From the NCBI GenBank assembly GCA_028286525.1, contig JAQBRL010000020.1:7444-71443 (forward strand): DNA of 64,000 nt. The letters are read 5' to 3'. The translations under genes and the position numbers were made by a program. The notes under the pieces were generated by a model, which was not told the origin of the DNA, ran no database searches, and was given only the letters and a program-made list of their open reading frames with translations. Below, one piece after another: positions 19,140 to 30,360 of this stretch. The stretch is from Parcubacteria group bacterium (GTDB taxonomy: Bacteria; Patescibacteriota; Minisyncoccia; Phycocordibacterales; Phycocordibacteraceae). The stretch's first letter is position 1; every line of letters begins with the position of its first letter.

Positions 19140-19754
19140 ATGAAACTAGGACCTAAATACAAGCTTGCAAAGCGCCTCGGAGCAACCATCTTCGAGAAGA
19201 CCCAGACCCAGAAATTCGCGCTTGCGCAGGAGCGTTCGGCGATGAATAAGAAGGGTAGCCGCGGACGCGGACCGACCGAGTACGGCAAGCAGCTCCTCGA
19301 GAAGCAGAAGGTGCGCATCACCTACGGCCTCTCGGAAAGCCAGTTCAGCACGTACGTGGCGAACGCCATGGGCGCGCACGGAGCGAATCCTGCGGAACTC
19401 CTTCATCAAAGTCTCGAGATGCGTCTGGATAATATCGTGTATCGCCTCGGACTCGCGAGCACCCGTCGCTTCGCCCGCCAGATGGTCTCCCACGGCCACA
19501 TCACGGTCAACGGCACGAAGACCACCATCCCTTCGCAAGCGATAAAGATAGGCGACGTCATCGCGGTCCGCGAGGGCTCGAAGTCCCGCGTGCTGTTCGA
19601 GAACTTCGCGGAGAAGTTCGCCGAGCGCCCGCTCCCGTCGTGGCTCCTGTGGGATCCGAAGGCCATGAGCGGGGGCGTGCAACAGCTTCCGACTAGGGAC
19701 TCGGCGGACGCCGCGGGAGATCTGGCGACCGTGTTCTCGTTCTACAGCCGTTAG
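19140..19754 (+). CDS. rpsD: 30S ribosomal protein S4
   Basis: YGKQLLEKQK, LEMRLDNIVYRLG, ARQMVSHGH. Confidence 0.97.
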   Translation: MKLGPKYKLAKRLGATIFEKTQTQKFALAQERSAMNKKGSRGRGPTEYGKQLLEKQKVRITYGLSESQFSTYVANAMGAHGANPAELLHQSLEMRLDNIVYRLGLASTRRFARQMVSHGHITVNGTKTTIPSQAIKIGDVIAVREGSKSRVLFENFAEKFAERPLPSWLLWDPKAMSGGVQQLPTRDSADAAGDLATVFSFYSR

Positions 19755-19799
19755 TTCTCGTTCTGATTTATTAATTCGTTAGGTAATTACGATTGAGTT

Positions 19800-20753
19800 A
19801 TGGAATACCACATCACGCTTCCTTCTAAGCCCCGCGTCGTCTCCGAAGAGGGACTTCAGGGCATTTATGAGATCGACTCCCTCTATCCGGGATACGGTCA
19901 TACCCTCGGCAACTCGCTTCGCCGCATTATCCTTTCCTCGCTTACGGGCGCGGCAGTGACCTCCGTCAAGATAGACGGGGTCCAGCACGAGTTCGCCACC
20001 ATCGACGGCGTGCACGAGTCGGTCATGGAGATACTGCTCAACCTCAAGCGCGTGCACTTCGCACTTCATGGGGACGAGCCGCAGACTATCCGCATTTCAG
20101 CTAAGGGGCCTAAGGCCATCACCGCTGCGGACATCAATATGCCGAGCCAGGTTTCCATTACGAACCCCGACCAGCACATCGCTGACCTCGCGGGGAAAGT
20201 ATCGCTCGAGCTCGAAGCGACCATCGAACGCGGTCTCGGCTACGTCGCCCGCGAAGTCCTTACCAAGGAGAAGGTGGACATCGGCACCATCGCGCTGGAC
20301 GCCACCTTTACCCCTATCCGCCGCGTGAACTACGAGGTGGAGAACATGCGTGTCGGCGACCGCACGGACTTCAACCGCCTGCGCATCCTCATCGAGACCA
20401 ACGGCACGCTCACGCCTCGTGAAGCGCTCGAGAACTCGATCGAGATAATGATCCACCAGCTCAAGTCCATCGTCGGCTTCCAGGACAGCGACGAGACGAC
20501 GGAGGGCGAATTCGCGAGCGATTCTTCCGCAGCTTCCACGGGAGGCAAGGACGCCGCGAAGGTGAAGATCGACGAGCTCGGCCTGTCCGCGCGCGTCGCG
20601 ACCGCGCTTGCCGAAGGCGGCATCAAGACGGCTGCTGGCCTCGCCCGCAAGACCCCGAGCGCTCTCAAGGAGCTCGATGGCGTCGGCGACAAGGCCGTCG
20701 GCGAGATAGAGGCAGCGCTTGCTGGCCTCGGCCTCACCCTCAAGGGAGAGTAA
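19800..20753 (+). CDS. rpoA: RNA polymerase alpha subunit
   Basis: GYGHTLGNSLRRIILSSL, HEFATIDGV, RVGDRTDF, alpha-CTD. Confidence 0.97.
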   Translation: MEYHITLPSKPRVVSEEGLQGIYEIDSLYPGYGHTLGNSLRRIILSSLTGAAVTSVKIDGVQHEFATIDGVHESVMEILLNLKRVHFALHGDEPQTIRISAKGPKAITAADINMPSQVSITNPDQHIADLAGKVSLELEATIERGLGYVAREVLTKEKVDIGTIALDATFTPIRRVNYEVENMRVGDRTDFNRLRILIETNGTLTPREALENSIEIMIHQLKSIVGFQDSDETTEGEFASDSSAASTGGKDAAKVKIDELGLSARVATALAEGGIKTAAGLARKTPSALKELDGVGDKAVGEIEAALAGLGLTLKGE

Positions 20754-20797
20754 TAATTGAGGAAATACGCGACTCGTGATAGGGTACTGAAACTAAT

Positions 20798-21151
20798 ATG
20801 CGACACAGCCACAAAGGACGATCATTCGGACGTGACCATGACCAGCGCACGGCTCTTCTGCGTGGCCTGATGAAGTCGCTTATCATCCACGAGCGTATTT
20901 CCACCACGGAAGCGAAAGCTAAGGAGCTTCGTCCGCTCATCGAGAAGCTCGTGACGACATCCCGCAAGAACACGGTGGCCAATCGCCGCCTCGTAGCAGC
21001 GCGACTCGGCAACGACGACGAGGTCGTGAAGAAGCTCTTCTCGGCTATCGCGCCGCGCTACATGGATCGCGCTGGTGGGTACACCCGCATCACGAAGCGT
21101 CAGTCCACCGCGACCGACGGCCGCAAGACCGCGTACATTTCCTTCGTATAG
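20798..21151 (+). CDS. rplQ: 50S ribosomal protein L17
   Basis: MRH..GR, ISTTEAKAKELR, GGYTRI. Confidence 0.97.
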   Translation: MRHSHKGRSFGRDHDQRTALLRGLMKSLIIHERISTTEAKAKELRPLIEKLVTTSRKNTVANRRLVAARLGNDDEVVKKLFSAIAPRYMDRAGGYTRITKRQSTATDGRKTAYISFV

Positions 21152-21155
21152 CTAT

Positions 21156-21557
21156 ATGGCAGTCAAAACGATAAAGACGAATAAGGGCGGACCGGTGCAG
21201 CCTGGCGAGCACAAGATGTACATCATCGACGCGACAGGGAAATCCCTCGGCCGCGTAGCGAGCGAAGCTGCGTCCATCATTCTCGGAAAGAAGTCGGTGA
21301 ACTACGTTCAGAACGAGGTGCTTCCGGTGGAAGTGACCATTGAGAACGCAGGCGCCCTGAAGATGACCGAGAAGCGCATCGCCATGAAGGAGTACTACAG
21401 CTACACCGGCTACCCCGGAGGCCTTCGTACGCAGAGCATGCAGATGATGATCGATAAGAAGGGCATTTCCGAGGTCCTATACACCGCCGTGGATGGCATG
21501 ATCCCTCGCAACAAGCTCCGCAAGGAACGCATGAAGCGTCTTACTATAAAAGATTAA
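21156..21557 (+). CDS. rplM: 50S ribosomal protein L13
   Basis: IDATGKSLGRVAS, YTGYPGGLR, GMIPRNKL. Confidence 0.95.
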   Translation: MAVKTIKTNKGGPVQPGEHKMYIIDATGKSLGRVASEAASIILGKKSVNYVQNEVLPVEVTIENAGALKMTEKRIAMKEYYSYTGYPGGLRTQSMQMMIDKKGISEVLYTAVDGMIPRNKLRKERMKRLTIKD

Positions 21558-21559
21558 CT

Positions 21560-21970
21560 ATGGCCGATACCCCTCGTTACACCACGGCCGTAGGCCGCCG
21601 CAAGACCGCAAGCGCACGCGTGAAGGTCACGCCTGCAGCTAAGAACACCATTCTCGTGAATGGCATGTCGGCGCTTGAGTACTTCGGCACCGCAACCCGA
21701 GATTCCATCACCATGGACGTCTTCAAGGCACTCGAGACCAAGCAGAACTACGAGGTCGTGGCTCGCGTGCAAGGAGGCGGCAAGAACGCCCAGGCCGAAG
21801 CCGTACGCCACGCCATGGCCCGCGCGCTCCTCTCTGTGGATGCCGAAGGTCCTGACGCTCGCTCGACCCTCAAGAAAGCAGGATATCTCAAGCGTGATCC
21901 ACGCCACGTGGAGCGCAAGAAGCCAGGTCTTCGGAAGGCTCGTAAGGCCCCGCAGTGGTCCAAACGTTAG
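21560..21970 (+). CDS. rpsI: 30S ribosomal protein S9
   Basis: GRRKTASARV, GGG..AQAEA, ERKKPGL.KARKAPQWSKR. Confidence 0.97.
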   Translation: MADTPRYTTAVGRRKTASARVKVTPAAKNTILVNGMSALEYFGTATRDSITMDVFKALETKQNYEVVARVQGGGKNAQAEAVRHAMARALLSVDAEGPDARSTLKKAGYLKRDPRHVERKKPGLRKARKAPQWSKR

Positions 21971-21976
21971 AGACCG

Positions 21977-22010
21977 CAACCAAAAAACGCCTTCGGGCGT
22001 TTTTTGGTTG
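21977..22010 (+). terminator. Bidirectional intrinsic terminator
   Basis: caaccaaaaaacgcc-ttcg-ggcgttttttggttg. Confidence 0.85.
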
Positions 22011-22047
22011 TAAGGAATCTTCACCCTCGAACGTCTATACAGTATCT

Positions 22048-22521
22048 ATGTGGAAACGGTATTTGATCGTGCTGCTTGCTTTTGTCATCGCTTCGGGAGC
22101 CGCGTACGAATATTACTGGTATCAGCGCGAGCATTCGTCGCTTTCCGACCACGCGCAGGTCCGCATGACCGTGAGCAATCTCGGAGATGTGCTTCAGCAG
22201 GTACCGCTCATAGCGCCCCCTGACATCGTCGCGTTCGCGATGAATAAGTATTACGCGCTCTATGTGCGCCCTGACCTTCTTGCCCAGTGGGAAGCCGACC
22301 CGCTCCATGCTCCCGGCCGCCTTACTTCGAGCCCCTGGCCCGATCGCATCGATACGACGAGCGCGACCAAGAATAAGGACGGTACCTATACGGTGGACGC
22401 TACTATCGTTGAACTCGCCAATGGCGCGCAGGGCCCTCAAACCGCCGACACCATTCATGCACGCTTTACGCTTTCCAAAGGCCCTGACGGCTGGCAGATA
22501 ACGCATTACGAGAAGCTATAG
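22048..22521 (+). CDS. Membrane-anchored hypothetical protein
   Basis: N-terminal TM (MWKRYLIVLLAFVIA); APGRLTSSPWPDRI motif. Confidence 0.7.
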   Translation: MWKRYLIVLLAFVIASGAAYEYYWYQREHSSLSDHAQVRMTVSNLGDVLQQVPLIAPPDIVAFAMNKYYALYVRPDLLAQWEADPLHAPGRLTSSPWPDRIDTTSATKNKDGTYTVDATIVELANGAQGPQTADTIHARFTLSKGPDGWQITHYEKL

Positions 22522-22569
22522 GGCGTTAATCATTCGTTCAGAGGACGAATGACATGATAGCGCGACCAT

Positions 22570-23601
22570 ATGAGGATCGCGCAGATCGCCCCCATCATCG
22601 AACGCGTGCCTCCGACAAAATACGGAGGCACCGAGCGTGTCGTGCATGCGCTTACCGAAGAGCTGGTGCAGCGCGGGCACGAGGTTACGTTGTTCGCGAC
22701 CGGAGACTCCCTCACCTCGGCCACGCTCTCCTCCATCTATCCGACGGCGCTCCGGGAATCGAAGATGAAGGACCTGTACGGCTCGAACGTTTGGAGTCTG
22801 TTCAACCTCGGCAAAGCGTACGAGCGCGCGGAAGAGTTCGATATCATCCATGACCACAATGGCTACTTGGGCTTGCCAGCCGCTAATATTTCGAAGACGC
22901 CGGTCGTCATGACCTGTCACGGCCCCTTTACCCCCGAGAACCGGCATATCTACCGCGAGCTGCGCCATCCGCACCTGGTCACCATTTCGGACTCGCAGGC
23001 GACGGTACCGGGGCTCAATTATGCCGGCACGGTCTACAACGGCCTTGATCTCGAGCCGTATCCGTTCTCGGAGGACCAGGACGGGTACCTGCTTTTCGTC
23101 GGGCGGATATCGCGCGAAAAAGGCCTCCATATCGCTATAGAAGTAGCGCTCAACGTGAATATGCCGCTCATCATCGCCGCAAAGCTCGACGAGACGGATC
23201 GCAATTATTTTACCCAATACGTCGAGCCGTACCTTTCCGAGAAGATACGATGGATAGGGGAAGTGGACGAAGTGGAGCGCAATCAGCTCATGAGCAGGGC
23301 ATTCTGCCTCGTCCATGCAGCAACGTGGCGCGAGCCGTTCGGTCTCACGCTTATCGAGGCGATGGCCTGCGGCGCTCCCGTGCTGGGCACGAATATGGGC
23401 TCCATACCGGAGCTCGTCGAGCATGGGAAGACCGGCTTCGTCGTTAACTCGGTCGAGGAGATGATCGATGCCGTGTTCCAGGTAGAGAAACTCGATAGGC
23501 GTGATTGCCGAGCGCATGTCCTCGGACGATTCTCGGCCGCGCATATGACCGATGGATACGAAGAGGTGTATAGAAAAGCGATCGCTGCGAACCAGCTATA
23601 G
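22570..23601 (+). CDS. Glycosyltransferase family 4
   Basis: PP.KYGGTERVV, VGRISREKG, EPFGLTLIEAMACG. Confidence 0.93.
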   Translation: MRIAQIAPIIERVPPTKYGGTERVVHALTEELVQRGHEVTLFATGDSLTSATLSSIYPTALRESKMKDLYGSNVWSLFNLGKAYERAEEFDIIHDHNGYLGLPAANISKTPVVMTCHGPFTPENRHIYRELRHPHLVTISDSQATVPGLNYAGTVYNGLDLEPYPFSEDQDGYLLFVGRISREKGLHIAIEVALNVNMPLIIAAKLDETDRNYFTQYVEPYLSEKIRWIGEVDEVERNQLMSRAFCLVHAATWREPFGLTLIEAMACGAPVLGTNMGSIPELVEHGKTGFVVNSVEEMIDAVFQVEKLDRRDCRAHVLGRFSAAHMTDGYEEVYRKAIAANQL

Positions 23602-24834
23602 CTCCGCGAGCATGGACGCGGCGCTCCAGGCCTGCTTCATGCAGGCGCGCTGGCCGGTTTCAGACACATATTCCGCGAAGCCTTCCTCTGTGGTGTAAAC
23701 AAAAAGCTCGATGGGTGTCTTGAAATGATCCCATGAATGATGCAGGGCCTCGCCAAGCGCCTGCGCCTCCAGGGTATAGCCGAACCTGCGCAGTCCCTCC
23801 GCGACGATAGCGGTGTCATGCGGCCAGATGGAGCCGTTGTGGTAGCTGTTCGGGTCGTACTTGCTCGAGCGCTTGGAAAGGGTGCGGATGCCGGCGTTCG
23901 GCTCGAACAGTTCCGGCGACATGAGAAGGTTCACCAGCTTCGGGATATGCTTCTTCTCGAGAATGGAGTCGGTCTCATGCGCAGCCCAGAGAATGTGGCC
24001 CACGGAAGAGCGGAGCGACGTCAGTCGCGCGCCATCGCCATCGAGCGCGAACGCGATACCGAACTCCGGAGCTTCGGTCACGAAATGCCGATTGAAGCGT
24101 TCCTTCAGTTCGACTGCTTCGCTCTCGATGCTCCAGAGCTTAAGCGCGAGATATGCATAGGCCTGAGCCTCTACGGGCGCTATGGGGTAGGGCGTGGGCG
24201 AGCCATCCTCGTGGAATACGGATTCGCTGCTGTCCATCCAGCTCTGGGTGGCGAGTCCGCCGTGCGTGCGCTCCGGATGGACGCGGTAGGTGAGGAAGCC
24301 GCGTGCATCCGCCTTGATGCTCCCCCGCACCCACGAAAGCGCAGCTTCGATGTTCGGTGCGATGCGCTCCTTGAAGTCCTCGTCCGCGCTCAGGGTCCAA
24401 TAGCGCGCGACCGCGATAAGGAACAACGGCGTGCTGTCCACGCTGTCGTAGATGCGCATCGTACCGTCCGGATAGACGTACCACGGGCGAGCATGATGCT
24501 GCGTCAGGTGCGCATGATTATCCTCGCGGTATTCGTGGATTATCTTGCCCGGCTCCTCGCCGCTTTCGATATTGACTGTAGTGCCCTGAAGCTCGACCAG
24601 GCTCATGAGTATTTTCTTCACGAGCGCGAGCAAGTACGGGTCAGGCGTGCGCTCGTGCGCGGAGAGAAGCTTCAGCGCCGTAATAAGCGAGTCGCGGCCG
24701 AATATGCATCCGTATATCTCCTCTTTACCGGACGCGAGAATGCCTCGAGCGGTCTCGAGCTCTTCGATGGTAGCGCGACCCAGTGTGCGGAGTGCGTCGT
24801 TCATATCTATGTAGACGAGTGTAGTCGACTTCAT
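23596..24834 (-). CDS. Amylo-alpha-1,6-glucosidase / glycogen-debranching-like glycoside hydrolase
   Basis: FGRDSLI, EEPGKIIHE, DSTPLF, QSWMDS, SYHNGSIWPHD, QAWSAA. Confidence 0.88.
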   Translation of the reverse strand: MKSTTLVYIDMNDALRTLGRATIEELETARGILASGKEEIYGCIFGRDSLITALKLLSAHERTPDPYLLALVKKILMSLVELQGTTVNIESGEEPGKIIHEYREDNHAHLTQHHARPWYVYPDGTMRIYDSVDSTPLFLIAVARYWTLSADEDFKERIAPNIEAALSWVRGSIKADARGFLTYRVHPERTHGGLATQSWMDSSESVFHEDGSPTPYPIAPVEAQAYAYLALKLWSIESEAVELKERFNRHFVTEAPEFGIAFALDGDGARLTSLRSSVGHILWAAHETDSILEKKHIPKLVNLLMSPELFEPNAGIRTLSKRSSKYDPNSYHNGSIWPHDTAIVAEGLRRFGYTLEAQALGEALHHSWDHFKTPIELFVYTTEEGFAEYVSETGQRACMKQAWSAASMLAEL

Positions 24835-24909
24835 CTTTCGCGGATAGAGCGATGTCGTGAGCGCTTCATTTTTTGACTAGCTTCATAAATTCAGGCATAT
24901 TCTAGATAT

Positions 24910-25461
24910 ATGCGGGATGAAGACGTGACCATAGAAACCGACGGCTCGGAAGAGCCAGGGGCAAGCGAGGAAGAGCTCGAAGCGGTCGAAAGCCGAGTGG
25001 ATTCGAAGGTGGCAAAGCTGAAAGCCGAGCTCGAGCACGCCAAGAAGGAAAAGCAGGAGTATCTCGACGGCTGGCAGCGCGCCAAGGCCGACTATGTGAA
25101 CGCTCTGAAACGCTTCGAAGAGGACAAACGCTCTGCGATCGCGCTCGGTCAAACCAAAGCGGTACTTCTCTTCATGCCCGCGCTCGATTCGCTCGCACGC
25201 GCGCGCCAAAGCGGCGAGGCTATGCCAGCGGGCTTCGAAGCTATCGCCAAGCAGCTGGAGGAAGCGGGAAAAGCCATCGGGCTCACGCCTATCGGCATCG
25301 TGGGCGAAAAGTTCGACCCGAACCTGCATGAGGCGCTCGGCCAGGATGCAGCAGCTTCAATGGAAGACGATGACACCGTCACCGCCATTCTCGAGCCAGG
25401 CTGGAAGGCGGGAGAAGCTGTTATCCGACCAGCGAAGGTACGCGTCGGACATTTCGAGTGA
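24910..25461 (+). CDS. grpE: Nucleotide exchange factor GrpE
   Basis: WQRAKADYVN, FDPNLHEA, VIRPAKVRV. Confidence 0.95.
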   Translation: MRDEDVTIETDGSEEPGASEEELEAVESRVDSKVAKLKAELEHAKKEKQEYLDGWQRAKADYVNALKRFEEDKRSAIALGQTKAVLLFMPALDSLARARQSGEAMPAGFEAIAKQLEEAGKAIGLTPIGIVGEKFDPNLHEALGQDAAASMEDDDTVTAILEPGWKAGEAVIRPAKVRVGHFE

Positions 25462-25476
25462 TAAGCTAGCTCGTAT

Positions 25477-26115
25477 ATGGAAAATGCACCTGACCGGATA
25501 CACGAAGGAGACCGCGGCGCTCAGGCGCTCGACGGAACGTTCGAGAAACTCTATGGCCGCGCACCTGACGGTACCTTTCGTGGCCTTATACCGGATAGCA
25601 ATCTCGATCAAGTGGTCTACTATCACGACGAGACTGGAAAGCCCCATTGGCACTTCATTTCATACGGTTTCAGCCAGTTAGGCGGGCAGCCGCAGGACGA
25701 AGCGGCACCCAGTGACGAGGAAAGCGGTTCCGGTTACGAAGTTACCTTCCGTATCCCACGTACTGATGAGGCAACGGCACCTCAATGGGTAGATCGCGCC
25801 TACAACGACTTCGCGAATTACTCCTTCGAGAATCAAATCGCCTTTCGTCCGTATGACTATGTCGACTACGACTTCGATACGGGAAAGGAGCACGGCTATG
25901 CCGGCTTCATGTTCGTGCAGGATTCACGTCTCAAGGAAATAGAGACGCCCAATGGTACGGTCGCATTCCTACAGGTGGTCCCCGTAAGCGCAGAGCAGCT
26001 CAATACGCTCAAGGTAGCGGAGCCGGATACGCAAGCCTACACGGCTGCAGCCAAGCGCATAATAGAAGAGCTCAAGAGCACTGAGACAGATCTCCTCATC
26101 GCCAACTTTTCATAG
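25477..26115 (+). CDS. Suppressor-of-fused (SUFU)-like domain protein
   Basis: HWHFISYGFS.L, SG.GYEVTFR, TPNGTVAFLQVV. Confidence 0.8.
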   Translation: MENAPDRIHEGDRGAQALDGTFEKLYGRAPDGTFRGLIPDSNLDQVVYYHDETGKPHWHFISYGFSQLGGQPQDEAAPSDEESGSGYEVTFRIPRTDEATAPQWVDRAYNDFANYSFENQIAFRPYDYVDYDFDTGKEHGYAGFMFVQDSRLKEIETPNGTVAFLQVVPVSAEQLNTLKVAEPDTQAYTAAAKRIIEELKSTETDLLIANFS

Positions 26116-26204
26116 GACTTGAACGCTTCATAATAGAGGCGTAAAATACGAGTACTTGGGCTTTTTCGGGCGAACGCATTAGAAACCGCTAATACGCATT
26201 TCAT

Positions 26205-28109
<1,905 letters not shown>

Positions 28110-28187
28110 CGTACGCTCCTCAACAGCTCCTCGCTTGCCTTTGCGAGCGTCGTATCGCATTGTGTGCGAGGACCGAGGGAGGGCCGC

Positions 28188-28490
28188 ATGAAGATAGAAG
28201 ATCGGATACTCCGAACCCTGCGTTTGAGCAATCAGGCGTCATGGCTCACCACGGCAGAGATCATTTCTGCCGCGAAGGGCCGCGATGGCCACGATATGCA
28301 GCTCTACCTGGTCATTGTGGAGCTCGGCAGGCTCGAAAGCCTTGATCTGGTCGAAAGCCGGAAACGTCCCCTTGACGATGAGCTGGAAGTCACCGAGTTC
28401 CATCTCGCCGAAGGCGGAGTAGAGCGTCGTGATTCCGGACCGACCACAGGTCCAGAACCGCATACGCTCAAGCAACGAGAGCTCGCGTAG
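28188..28490 (+). CDS. Small winged-helix (PadR-like) hypothetical protein
   Basis: SD GGAGG; ILRTL..WLTTAEI..LYLVIVELGRLESLDLVES..FHLAEGG pattern. Confidence 0.55.
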   Translation: MKIEDRILRTLRLSNQASWLTTAEIISAAKGRDGHDMQLYLVIVELGRLESLDLVESRKRPLDDELEVTEFHLAEGGVERRDSGPTTGPEPHTLKQRELA

Positions 28491-28494
28491 GAAC

Positions 28495-28519
28495 GGGCGG
28501 CATGCGCAAGCAGCCGCCC
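28495..28519 (+). terminator. Hairpin after small ORF
   Basis: gggcggc...gccgccc followed by ttt. Confidence 0.55.
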
Positions 28520-28565
28520 TTTGCCTTATCTAAGCGAAAGGGTATAAAGCAGCTGGAGGTGAGCT

Positions 28566-28835
28566 ATGAAGCAACCAAAACCATTCAGTCTGAACGACGC
28601 CGTCACCTGGAAGGCCGCGAGGGATCAGAACTATCGGGTGCGGGAGTATGCACGAGCCTTCCGCACCCATGAAAAAGGTCCGTTCACCGTCGAAGCCCTC
28701 GTCATGCGGAATGTCTGGTGCCTGGTACTGAAAGACGCGAACGGAACGCTCTTCGACCCCGAGAAAACACCTGCGTTGTTGAGAACTCCGGCGTTGTTCC
28801 CCGCGTGCTGGTTCGAACGAGTGTATACGGAATGA
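28566..28835 (+). CDS. Small hypothetical protein, GPFTVE family copy A
   Basis: SD GGAGGTGA; motifs shared with 28912-29184. Confidence 0.7.
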   Translation: MKQPKPFSLNDAVTWKAARDQNYRVREYARAFRTHEKGPFTVEALVMRNVWCLVLKDANGTLFDPEKTPALLRTPALFPACWFERVYTE

Positions 28836-28860
28836 GGGCGGATGCGCACGCATCCGCCCT
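28835..28860 (+). terminator. Hairpin after small ORF
   Basis: agggcggatgcg-ca-cgcatccgccct. Confidence 0.65.
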
Positions 28861-28911
28861 TGACCTTTCTCGATGGGTGTATGCTTGACATAGGACAGGA
28901 GGGACGGAGCA

Positions 28912-29184
28912 GTGAAGATGTTTGAGATATTCAATAGAGGCGACCAGGTCACCTGGCGACCCGAGGATGAGTTGCCGGAAGTCATCAAGTCTAATTTGAC
29001 TGACAATGTCGCAGAGTTCGGACTCGGACCCTTTACCGTCGAACGAATCGAGAACGCCCGGAGCTTCGCTGGATTCAATCCGGCACATCCGCAACGTGTC
29101 ATGGTTTCGTTCGAAGGCAAGCTCATTCTCCATCAATTCAGCGGCATTTGTTTCGCGAAAGCGAACCTGGACGGGACGCACTAA
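28912..29184 (+). CDS. Small hypothetical protein, GPFTVE family copy B
   Basis: SD AGGAGG; FNRGDQVTW..GPFTVE..HPQ..FSG. Confidence 0.7.
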   Translation: MKMFEIFNRGDQVTWRPEDELPEVIKSNLTDNVAEFGLGPFTVERIENARSFAGFNPAHPQRVMVSFEGKLILHQFSGICFAKANLDGTH

Positions 29185-29240
29185 CGCGCCTCGTCCACCC
29201 TTTTTGATACGTTCCGGCATCAGGTATATACTGCTGCTCT

Positions 29241-30317
29241 ATGGCCAAGAATTACTACGAAACTCTCGGCATCGACAAGAAAGCGAGCCCGGACGATATA
29301 AAGAAAGCTTTCCGCAAGCTTGCCCAGAAGCATCACCCAGACAAGGGCGGGGACGAGGCGAAGTTCAAGGAAATCACCGAGGCGTACTCGGTGCTCGCTG
29401 ACGAGAAGAAGCGCCGCGAATACGACTCGTACGGGCAGACGTTCGCAGGTGGAGCACCTGGCGGCGGGGGATTCGACCCCTCGCAATTTTCAGGCGGATT
29501 CGGCGGAGGCGTCGAGTTCGATCTGAACGACCTCTTCGAGGGATTCGGCGATATCTTCGGAGGCGCAGCAGCCCGCGGTGGCCGCGGCCGCATGAAGCGC
29601 GGGCGGGATATTTCCGTCGATATAGAGATCTCGTTCAAGGAATCCATTCTCGGCGGCAAACGCTCCGTGCTTATCTCGAAAATAGATAAATGCGAGGTAT
29701 GCCAGGGAAGCGGCGCGAAACCAGGAGCCGAGATGGAAACCTGCAAGACCTGCAATGGAGCAGGCCGCATCCATGAGACCCGGGACTCCGTACTGGGAGC
29801 CTTCACGAGCGTGCGCACCTGTCCGACCTGCGAGGGCACAGGCTCGGTACCGAAAGAGAAGTGCGAGAACTGCACGGGCCATGGCGTTCTCAAGAAGGAG
29901 GTGGAGCTCAATATCGACATTCCGCGCGGCATCGACGGCGGAGAGATGATACGCATGCCGGGCATGGGCGAGGCAATAAAGGGCGGCGTCTCCGGCGACC
30001 TCTACGTCAAAGTGCATGTGAAGCCGCACGCCGTATATCGCAAGGATGGCGCGAACCTCATCATGGAGCTTCCGGTGAAGCTTACGGACGCGCTTGTCGG
30101 TACTACCGTCACTATCACGACCATCGACGAAAAGACGCTTGAGGTGAAAGTGCCTCCGATGGCGAAGACCGAGGAGATACTTCGCATCAAAGGTCGCGGC
30201 GTTCACTATGACCAGGCGACCGGCGACCTCCTCATCCGCGTGACCGTGACGCTCCCGAAGAAGCTCTCGAACAAAGCCAAGAAAGCAATCGAAGACCTCA
30301 AGACCGAAGGACTGTAA
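29241..30317 (+). CDS. dnaJ: Chaperone DnaJ
   Basis: J domain with HPD, G/F-rich region, four CxxCxGxG repeats. Confidence 0.97.
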   Translation: MAKNYYETLGIDKKASPDDIKKAFRKLAQKHHPDKGGDEAKFKEITEAYSVLADEKKRREYDSYGQTFAGGAPGGGGFDPSQFSGGFGGGVEFDLNDLFEGFGDIFGGAAARGGRGRMKRGRDISVDIEISFKESILGGKRSVLISKIDKCEVCQGSGAKPGAEMETCKTCNGAGRIHETRDSVLGAFTSVRTCPTCEGTGSVPKEKCENCTGHGVLKKEVELNIDIPRGIDGGEMIRMPGMGEAIKGGVSGDLYVKVHVKPHAVYRKDGANLIMELPVKLTDALVGTTVTITTIDEKTLEVKVPPMAKTEEILRIKGRGVHYDQATGDLLIRVTVTLPKKLSNKAKKAIEDLKTEGL

Positions 30318-30360
30318 TAGCGCGCCAGTCGCTCGTACTACTGCGGTATAATTACGCTTT

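Noticed and set aside
23737-24876. 379-aa + strand ORF opposite the glucosidase
   Set aside because: The minus-strand ORF carries the recognisable glycoside hydrolase motifs; this one has none.
24835-26204. CIRCE operator upstream of grpE or dnaK
   Set aside because: No TTAGCACTC-N9-GAGTGCTAA-like sequence is visible.
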